Assembly (NCBI GenBank): GCA_965205905.1
Contig: CBDBHZ010000012.1
Coordinates: forward strand, 79,528-143,527
Length of the DNA: 64,000 nucleotides
Direction: 5' to 3'
Source of the DNA: Alphaproteobacteria bacterium
GTDB taxonomy: Bacteria > Pseudomonadota > Alphaproteobacteria > JABAAW01 > JAHZMA01
Position numbers and translations under genes: made by a program. The notes under the pieces are model-generated. The model ran no database searches. It was not told the origin of the DNA and saw only the letters and a program-made list of their open reading frames with translations. This document shows positions 57,352-64,000 of the stretch, piece after piece (positions within the stretch are counted from its first letter, which is position 1; each line of letters begins with the position of its first letter).

Positions 57352-58408
57352 TATCCCCCTTAATTGCCAGCAACAGCCTATCTTTGCTAATCACGCCTAC
57401 AACCTTACCATCATCACTGACAATAATCGGCTTATCAGACGTTACGGAAAGATTTATCAGCGCACTTAACGGGGCATCAGGGCTGGCTTGTGGACAGCTT
57501 TTGACTGTAAGTTTCTTATGTTTCTTTTCATATTTAGAAAGTGGCTCTAAGATTTTACATGCTGATACCAATTCCAATTTAGAAATGCCTGCCACAAAAT
57601 CCGATACATAATCATCGCAAGGATTGGTAACAATATCTTCGGGGGTGCCAACTTGCACCAACACACCATCTTTCATAATGGCAATGCGGTCGCCAATCCG
57701 AATGGCTTCATCTAAATCATGGGTAATGAACAGAGTTGTCTTTTTCATCTTTGCCGAAAGCGCCATAAATCTATCTTGTAATTGCCGTCTAATCAAGGGG
57801 TCAAGCGCGGAAAATGGCTCATCCATCAATAAAATGGAAGGGTCTGCGGCAATGGCGCGCGCCAAACCAACCCTTTGTTGCATCCCGCCCGAAAGCTCAT
57901 CAGGATATTTTTGGTGCCAACCATCTAATTCTACTTCGGCAATTGCGCGCATCGCGGTTTTATGCCTATCAGCGGTAGAAAAGCCACGCACTTCTTGCGA
58001 AAACGCAACATTATCCAACACATTTTTATGGGGCATCAATGCCATGCTTTGAAACACCATGCCGATTTTTTCCGCCCTTAATGCGCGCAAATTTGATGCG
58101 GATAAATCACCGATATTCTGTCCTTCAATATGGACACTGCCAATGGTTGGCTCAATCAAGCGGTTAATATGGCGGATAAGAGTGGATTTCCCGGAGCCCG
58201 AAAGCCCCATAATGCAGAATATTTCACCGCGGGCAACATCAAAACTGGCATCTTGCACGCCCACCACACAATCATAGCGGTCGCGCACCTCAATTTTGCT
58301 CAAGCCCTCATTCTGAATGGCTTGCAATGCTTTATCAGCATTTTTACCGAAAATCTTCCATAGATTACGGCATTGGATAACATTATTTTCAGACTTATTT
58401 TCTGTCAT
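57344..58408 (-). CDS. proV: Glycine betaine/proline ABC transporter ATP-binding protein with tandem C-terminal CBS domains
   Basis: 354 aa with Walker A (GLSGSGKST), signature (LSGGMQQRV) and Walker B (LLMDEPFSALD) motifs, plus a CBS pair at the C-terminus. Confidence 0.85.
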   Translation of the reverse strand: MTENKSENNVIQCRNLWKIFGKNADKALQAIQNEGLSKIEVRDRYDCVVGVQDASFDVARGEIFCIMGLSGSGKSTLIRHINRLIEPTIGSVHIEGQNIGDLSASNLRALRAEKIGMVFQSMALMPHKNVLDNVAFSQEVRGFSTADRHKTAMRAIAEVELDGWHQKYPDELSGGMQQRVGLARAIAADPSILLMDEPFSALDPLIRRQLQDRFMALSAKMKKTTLFITHDLDEAIRIGDRIAIMKDGVLVQVGTPEDIVTNPCDDYVSDFVAGISKLELVSACKILEPLSKYEKKHKKLTVKSCPQASPDAPLSALINLSVTSDKPIIVSDDGKVVGVISKDRLLLAIKGDIV

Positions 58409-58456
58409 TTTATCCCTCTTATTATTATTCGTGTCTATTTTATAGCAGATATTCTA

Positions 58457-58485
58457 TTGACGTGTCAAATTATTTTATTTATGAT
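58457..58485 (+). promoter_or_regulatory. Candidate sigma70 promoter of the dapA-family operon: -35 TTGACG (58457-58462), 17-nt spacer, -10 TATGAT (58480-58485)
   Basis: Read directly in the proV/dapA-like divergent intergenic region; the ATG is at 58517 with a GAGGGGA RBS. Confidence 0.35.
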
Positions 58486-58516
58486 GGGTTTATATCAAAT
58501 ATTGAGGGGACATAGA

Positions 58517-59437
58517 ATGCCTATTTTTCAGTTTGAAGGAATTTACACGCCCATCATTACGCCATTCTTTGAAGATGGCAGTATCAATTACGATGCATTG
58601 GCGGATATGGTGGATTATCTGCTTGCCCATAAGGTGAATGGCATTATTGCGGGCGGTTCAACCGGCGAGAATTACGCCAAAAATACCGCCGAACGGATTG
58701 AGGCTGCCACATTTATTTGCAAGCGTATCAATAAAAAAATCCCTTTCATGGTGGGCACTGGCACAATGATGACCTCTGATTCGGTGGCACTTGCCACTGC
58801 CGCCAAGCAAATGAAAGCAGATGCCATTATGATTGCTTCCCCGCCTTATGCTGTGCCAACCGACCGCGAAAATGCTCTGAATGCCCTGCATATTGATAAA
58901 GCTGCCGATTTGCCGATTATGCTCTATAACTACCCGGGACGCACGGGCATTAATATGGGTGAAGAATTTTTAGATAAAATAGGGCGGTCGCGTAATTTTT
59001 GTGGCATTAAGGAATCTTCAGGTGATATTAACCGTTTGCATTTATTGGCGCGTGACTACCCGCATATCGGGCTTGCTTGCGGTATGGACGACCAAGCGTT
59101 AGAATTTTTCGCATGGGGTTCAAAATGTTGGGTCTGTGGCGGTTCAAATTTTCTGCCCGATGAGCATCAGGCATTATATCAAGCTTGTGTGAAGCAAAAT
59201 GACTTCACCAAAGGGCGCAAGATAATGTCGGCGATGCTGCCTTTGATGGGGATATTAGAACAAAGTGGCAAATTTATCCAAAATATCAAATATGGGGTGC
59301 AGTTAAACGGCATTGATGCAGGGGCGATGCGCCCACCATTAAAGCATCTGAACAAAGATGATAAGCGCGTGTTAGAACAGGTGTTAAAAATCTTAAAACC
59401 AACCATTGCCAAGATTCAAGCAGGGGATAAATCATGA
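58517..59437 (+). CDS. DapA/NAL-family (dihydrodipicolinate synthase-like) lyase/dehydratase
   Basis: Real start MPIFQFEGIYTPIITPF... at 58517. The track ORF 58373.. carries a 48-codon intergenic read-through. Class I aldolase-family motifs (GSTGE, Schiff-base Lys region ..YNYPGRTG..). Confidence 0.75.
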   Translation: MPIFQFEGIYTPIITPFFEDGSINYDALADMVDYLLAHKVNGIIAGGSTGENYAKNTAERIEAATFICKRINKKIPFMVGTGTMMTSDSVALATAAKQMKADAIMIASPPYAVPTDRENALNALHIDKAADLPIMLYNYPGRTGINMGEEFLDKIGRSRNFCGIKESSGDINRLHLLARDYPHIGLACGMDDQALEFFAWGSKCWVCGGSNFLPDEHQALYQACVKQNDFTKGRKIMSAMLPLMGILEQSGKFIQNIKYGVQLNGIDAGAMRPPLKHLNKDDKRVLEQVLKILKPTIAKIQAGDKS

Positions 59438-60930
59438 GCTTACTTACCACCCAAGAATATCAAACCATTGCCGATAATTTAAATTTGCCTAACACAGCCT
59501 TCATCAATGGCGGCTATCGCCCCGCAAAATCGGGTGCGGTATTTACCAGCATCAACCCCGCAACAGGCAAAAAATTAACCGATATTGCCGCATGTGATGC
59601 CCAAGATGTTGATGAGGCAGTTATCAAAGCACGCGAAGCATTCGATGATGGGCGGTGGTGCAAATTACACCCCAGTGAGCGCAAAAATATTCTCATCACA
59701 TTATGTAAATTACTCACCCGCAATGCGCGCGAATTGGCGGTGATGGAAAGCATGGATAGCGGCAAGCCGATTTATGATTGCGAGAGCGTTGATGTGCCAG
59801 AAATGATTGAGTGCATCAAATGGCATGCCGAATTGATTGATAAGATTTACGATAGTGTCGCGCCGGTATCTGATGAGCATATCGCGATGATATTGCGTGA
59901 GCCGATTGGTGTGGTGGGCTTGGTATTGCCATGGAATTTTCCGCTATTGATGATGGCATGGAAGATTGCACCTGCATTGGCGGCAGGCTGTTCGGTGATT
60001 GTAAAGCCCGCCGAAGAGACGAGCTTAACAGCGTTGCGCGTGGCGGAATTATGCCACGAGGCAGGCATTCCTAAAGGCGTTCTGAATATAGTGCCGGGCT
60101 TGGGCGCACAAGCGGGCGAGGCATTGGGGCGGCATCATGATATTGATATGATTTCGTTCACAGGTTCAACAGTAACGGGCAAGAAATTTTTAGAATATTC
60201 AGCGCAATCAAATTGCAAGGAAGTGGTGCTAGAGATGGGCGGTAAAAATCCGTGTATTGTGATGGATGATGCGGAAAACTTAGATGCGGTGGCACAGCAT
60301 ATCGTCAATGGTGCATTTTGGAATATGGGCGAAAATTGTTCGGCAATATCGCGTTTGATTGTGCATAAAAACATTAAAGAAGATTTGCTGAAACGGGTGG
60401 AACATCATATTCAGCACTGGAATATTGGCAATCCGCTAGACCCCGAAACGCGTTTGGGGGCATTGGTTTCTGATGCACATTGCAAAAAAGTATCGGGCTA
60501 TATCAACAAGGCAAAGACTATCCGCGCAGGTGGCAAGATAGAAAAAAATTATGTTGAGGCAACTTTGATTGAGCTTGCCAGCAATCAAGATATTCTGGCG
60601 CGTGAAGAAATTTTTGGACCCGTGTTAAGCATTCTAACGATTACCAGTTTTGATGAAGCGATATTGGTTGCCAATGATACCAATTACGGGCTAACCGCCG
60701 CGCTTTTCACCAGCAATATCAAAAATGCCATTCGTGGCGGACGGGCATTGCAGGCAGGCACGGTTACCATCAACAGCTATGGTGAGGGCAATATCACCAC
60801 GCCATTTGGCGGTTACAAGCAATCAGGTTTTGGTGGGCGCGATAATTCAATTCATGCCCATGACCAATATACGCAAATCAAAACTTTGTGGATTGATTTG
60901 ACCGATGATGCCGATAGCAATGTGGATTAG
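59434..60930 (+). CDS. NAD(P)+-dependent aldehyde dehydrogenase (candidate 2-oxoglutarate-semialdehyde dehydrogenase)
   Basis: 498 aa ALDH with a catalytic Cys region (..ENCSAISRLIVH..) and Glu motif (LEMGGKNP). An ATGA overlap couples it to the upstream DapA-family gene. Confidence 0.8.
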   Translation: MSLLTTQEYQTIADNLNLPNTAFINGGYRPAKSGAVFTSINPATGKKLTDIAACDAQDVDEAVIKAREAFDDGRWCKLHPSERKNILITLCKLLTRNARELAVMESMDSGKPIYDCESVDVPEMIECIKWHAELIDKIYDSVAPVSDEHIAMILREPIGVVGLVLPWNFPLLMMAWKIAPALAAGCSVIVKPAEETSLTALRVAELCHEAGIPKGVLNIVPGLGAQAGEALGRHHDIDMISFTGSTVTGKKFLEYSAQSNCKEVVLEMGGKNPCIVMDDAENLDAVAQHIVNGAFWNMGENCSAISRLIVHKNIKEDLLKRVEHHIQHWNIGNPLDPETRLGALVSDAHCKKVSGYINKAKTIRAGGKIEKNYVEATLIELASNQDILAREEIFGPVLSILTITSFDEAILVANDTNYGLTAALFTSNIKNAIRGGRALQAGTVTINSYGEGNITTPFGGYKQSGFGGRDNSIHAHDQYTQIKTLWIDLTDDADSNVD

Positions 60931-60933
60931 AAT

Positions 60934-62319
60934 GTGACGGGGCAAGACAGTAATGGGTGGGGTGATAATAGGCGCAAGATATATTCCGCGCGCCGCTTAC
61001 CAAATGAAACAGGCATTGCGGCATGGAAAGCAATCCTGCCCGCATGGGAAGAATATCCGCCACTAACCGAAAACATTACCGCTGATTTTGCGATTATAGG
61101 CGCAGGTTTTGCAGGGCTTTCTGCCGCATTGCGCTTACAACAATTACAGCCAACAGCGCGGATTGTTATTTTAGAGGCACAAAAACTTGCCGAAGGCGCG
61201 AATGGGCGCAATAGCGGTTTCATGGTTGATATCCCGCATAATTTACAATCCACCGATTATGCGAGCGATGATAATGCTGATAAAAATTTACTCAATCTGA
61301 ATCGCCATGCCATTGAATTTGCCAATCAAGCCGTGCAGAAATATGATATTAACGCCGCTTTTTTTGACCCATCAGGCAAGGTAAATGGTGCGGTTACCCA
61401 GATAGGCGACGCGCATAATCATAGTTTTGCAAAACATTTAACCGCGCTTGGCGAGCCTTGCGAAATGCTGGATAGCCAAGCCATGTATGAATTAACGGGC
61501 AGTCATTATTATCTTTCGGGGCTTTACACCAAAGGCGCGGTAACCTTGCAACCTGCGGGCTATATTCAATCGCTTGCAGCGGGTTTGATGCGCGATGCTC
61601 AGGTAACAATTTATCCGCAAAGTGCAGTGCTTGAATTTAGGCAACATCATGATGGTTGGAAACTTAAAACGCCCAAAGGCACGGTTGAAGCAGGGAAAAT
61701 TATTCTTGCCAATAACGGACATTTGGAAAGTTTTGGCTTTGCGCGTCAAAGGTTGATGCATGTTTTTTTGTATGGTTTGATGACCGAAAATTTAGATGAT
61801 GAGGCATTGAAATTACTAGGCGGTGCACCACGTTGGGGCGTTACCCCTTCTGACCCTTTGGGCACCACCATGCGGAAAATTGATACAGAGCAAGGGGGAA
61901 ACCGTATCATCACGCGTAGCTGTGTCACATTTCACCCCAACATGCAGACCAATCAGCGCAATTTGACGCGTACCGCAAAAGAGCTTCGGCGTAGATTTGA
62001 TGTGCGGTTTCCGCAATTACAGAATGTTAAAATGGAATATAGCTGGTCGGGGCATTTGTGTTTAACGCGTGATGATTTATCGATTGTGCGTGAAATTGAG
62101 GATAATGTTTTTACCGCCTGTTGCCAGAATGGTTTAGGGGTATCACGCGGCACGCTAACAGGAATTGCGGCAGCAGAAATGGCGTGTGGCGCTACCAGCC
62201 ATGTTACCGAATTTTTTGGAGATTTGCCATTGCCTAAGAAGATTCTGCCCGCGCCTATTTCTAGCATTGGGGCAAATATCTATTTGCGGTTTCAAGAATG
62301 GCGCACCAGAAACGAGTAA
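60934..62319 (+). CDS. FAD-dependent oxidoreductase (DAO family, PuuB/OrdL-like)
   Basis: 461 aa with ..DFAIIGAGFAGLSAALRL.. dinucleotide-binding motif after a ~50 aa N-terminal extension. It has a GTG start 3 nt after the ALDH stop. Confidence 0.7.
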   Translation: MTGQDSNGWGDNRRKIYSARRLPNETGIAAWKAILPAWEEYPPLTENITADFAIIGAGFAGLSAALRLQQLQPTARIVILEAQKLAEGANGRNSGFMVDIPHNLQSTDYASDDNADKNLLNLNRHAIEFANQAVQKYDINAAFFDPSGKVNGAVTQIGDAHNHSFAKHLTALGEPCEMLDSQAMYELTGSHYYLSGLYTKGAVTLQPAGYIQSLAAGLMRDAQVTIYPQSAVLEFRQHHDGWKLKTPKGTVEAGKIILANNGHLESFGFARQRLMHVFLYGLMTENLDDEALKLLGGAPRWGVTPSDPLGTTMRKIDTEQGGNRIITRSCVTFHPNMQTNQRNLTRTAKELRRRFDVRFPQLQNVKMEYSWSGHLCLTRDDLSIVREIEDNVFTACCQNGLGVSRGTLTGIAAAEMACGATSHVTEFFGDLPLPKKILPAPISSIGANIYLRFQEWRTRNE

Positions 62320-62454
62320 CATCGATTCCGCTAGTGTTAAACACAAACCGCAAAGCCCCCCCATATGTATTAATGCCAAAAATAATCGATGAGTTTCCAA
62401 CCAGTTTCTGCTATTATCCTATATTAAAATCATCAGCAATAGGTAAAATCAACA

Positions 62455-64000
62455 ATGCCCGCACCCAAAGAAATTAAAGAGCTTGTCCAACGATTTAGCG
62501 AACAATTACCGCAATATAAGCGTGGCAATTACAACGAAAGCCAAGTGCGTGCCGATTTTATAGACCCATTATTCAAAGCCTTAGGCTGGGATATGGATAA
62601 TAAAAGCGGCTATGCCGAAGCCTATCGCGATGTGATTTACGAAACCAGCATTGATGTAAAAGGCGCGAAAAAAACCCCCGATTATGGCTTTTATATCGGT
62701 GGTGTGCGTAAATTCTTCGTGGAAGCCAAAAAGCCCTCAGTCGTTGTAAAAGACGATATAAGCGCGGCATTTCAAATCCGCCGCTATGGCTGGAGCGCAA
62801 ATCTGCCGCTATCTATCCTCACCGATTTTGAAGAATTTGCCGTCTACGATACCCGCATCAAGCCCTATATGGGCGATAAGGCAGCAAAAGCGCGTATGCT
62901 TTATTATACCTATGAAGATTATGTTGAAAAATGGGACGAGATTGCCGAAATCTTTGGCAAAGAGCAAATCCAAAAAGGCAAATTTGATGCCTTCATCACC
63001 AACAAAAAAGGCAAAGGCACAGAAGCGGTTGATGAATCATTCCTGAAAGATATTGAACAATGGCGCGAATTGCTTGCCAAAAATATCAAGAAAAACCACA
63101 GCAATATCACATCGCGCGATTTAAACTATGCCGTGCAAATCACCATTGACCGCATCTTGTTTTTACGCATTTGCGAAGATAGAAAAATTGAACCCGATGA
63201 GCGCTTAAAAACATTTATCAGCCATGCGAATATCTATAAATTACTGTTACAAAATTTCTACGAAGCTGATGATAAATATAATTCGGGGCTGTTTCATTTT
63301 AAGCAAGAAAATAACAGGGCGGGCAAGGCAGATGGTATCACCCCATCATTAACCATTGATAATGCGCCGCTAAAACAGATTATCAAAGGGCTTTATCACC
63401 CTGAATCGCAATATGAATTTTCGGTAATGCCCGCCGATATTCTGGGCAGTGTCTATGAACGTTTTCTAGGCAAAACCATCATCTCAACCGATAAACAGGT
63501 GCGGATAGAAGAAAAGCCCGAAGTGAAAAAAGCCGGCGGGGTGTATTATACGCCTTATTACATCGTTGATTACATTGTGCAAAACACGGTGGGCGAATTG
63601 GTAAAGGGCAAAACCCCCGACCAGATAGCGCATCTCAAAATCCTAGACCCCTCTTGTGGCTCAGGCTCGTTTTTGATTGTCGCCTATCAATATTTGCTGG
63701 ATTATTATTTGGCTTACTACACGCAAACGCCTGAAAAATACAAGAAGAAAAAATACATCGTGCAAAGCAATATCGGCATCTGGCGGTTAGAAATCGCCAC
63801 CCGCAAACAGATTTTATTACGCCATATTTACGGCGTGGATATTGATAGCCAAGCGGTGGAAGTCAGCAAATTATCACTGCTACTGAAAGTGCTAGAAGGG
63901 CAGTCCGAAGCCAGCATCAAGCAAAATGCCACCCTATTTAACGAACGCGCTTTGCCGAATTTAGCCGATAACATCAAATGCGGCAATAGCCTGATAGGCT
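62455..64000 (+). CDS. Type IIG/IIL restriction-modification fusion enzyme (N-terminal PD-(D/E)xK endonuclease + Eco57I/MmeI-family N6-adenine methyltransferase), 5' partial; continues beyond the window
   Basis: ATG at 62455 with an AGGTAA RBS; no stop by 64000 (the ORF is absent from the track). N-terminal ..PDYGFYIGGVRKFFVEAKKP.. is a candidate PD...EAK nuclease motif. Later ..ILDPSCGSGSFL.. is SAM-binding motif I and ..NIKCGNSLIG matches the Eco57I-family motif preceding NPPY/W. Confidence 0.7.
   Translation, partial: MPAPKEIKELVQRFSEQLPQYKRGNYNESQVRADFIDPLFKALGWDMDNKSGYAEAYRDVIYETSIDVKGAKKTPDYGFYIGGVRKFFVEAKKPSVVVKDDISAAFQIRRYGWSANLPLSILTDFEEFAVYDTRIKPYMGDKAAKARMLYYTYEDYVEKWDEIAEIFGKEQIQKGKFDAFITNKKGKGTEAVDESFLKDIEQWRELLAKNIKKNHSNITSRDLNYAVQITIDRILFLRICEDRKIEPDERLKTFISHANIYKLLLQNFYEADDKYNSGLFHFKQENNRAGKADGITPSLTIDNAPLKQIIKGLYHPESQYEFSVMPADILGSVYERFLGKTIISTDKQVRIEEKPEVKKAGGVYYTPYYIVDYIVQNTVGELVKGKTPDQIAHLKILDPSCGSGSFLIVAYQYLLDYYLAYYTQTPEKYKKKKYIVQSNIGIWRLEIATRKQILLRHIYGVDIDSQAVEVSKLSLLLKVLEGQSEASIKQNATLFNERALPNLADNIKCGNSLIG

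Noticed and set aside
58373-58516. 48-codon N-terminal extension of the DapA-family ORF (MDNIIFRLIFCHFIPL...)
   Set aside because: It is hydrophobic and unconserved and spans the divergent promoter. The conserved DapA-family N-terminus (MPIFQFEGIYTPIITPF) begins at 58517 with a strong RBS.

Overview
This 64 kb window comes from a low-GC (~40 %) Gram-negative genome. It contains ordinary catabolic operons and one unusual locus of four giant surface-lipoprotein genes.

**Ordinary operons**
- Positions 1-7.6 kb carry the 3' end of a phenylacetate cluster (paaK C-terminus, paaX, a PaaI-type thioesterase) next to a minus-strand homogentisate operon: hmgA, an FAH-family hydrolase, an MBL-fold hydrolase, an FAD aromatic hydroxylase, a small DUF2783-like ORF and maiA.
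- Positions 17.2-24.8 kb carry a minus-strand operon of a TRAP transporter (dctP, a TM2-domain::DctQ fusion, dctM) followed by glycolate oxidase glcDEF.
- Positions 52.1-62.3 kb carry two SDR oxidoreductases, a minus-strand MttB-superfamily methyltransferase with a ProVWX-type betaine ABC importer, and a divergent DapA-family lyase / aldehyde dehydrogenase / FAD oxidoreductase module.
- The window ends inside an MmeI/Eco57I-like Type IIG restriction-modification fusion gene.

**The unusual locus (~35 kb of coding sequence)**
- Four giant lipoprotein genes: 7807-17109 (+, 3100 aa), 31771-25938 (-, ~1940 aa, interrupted by a -1 frameshift near 29.5 kb), 31938-42380 (+, 3480 aa) and 42385-52140 (+, 3251 aa).
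- Each begins with a signal peptide, lipobox cysteine and a Gly/Ser/Asp-rich tether. Each is then built only from tandem ~300 aa modules, about 38 in total, of two sequence types.
- The modules end in an 'ARFYG..A.E.GG.F ... FGA(K/R)' signature that resembles the C-terminal barrel strand of TbpB/fHbp-type (Slam-dependent) surface lipoproteins. This similarity is inferred by eye, not searched.
- Genes 3 and 4 are colinear tandem paralogs with near-identical gene-conversion tracts.
- A two-gene small-protein cassette (25093-25664) is flanked by two copies of a ~170-190 bp G-tract-rich intergenic repeat carrying a 12-bp inverted repeat.

No rRNA, tRNA, CRISPR array, transposase or integrase was recognised.
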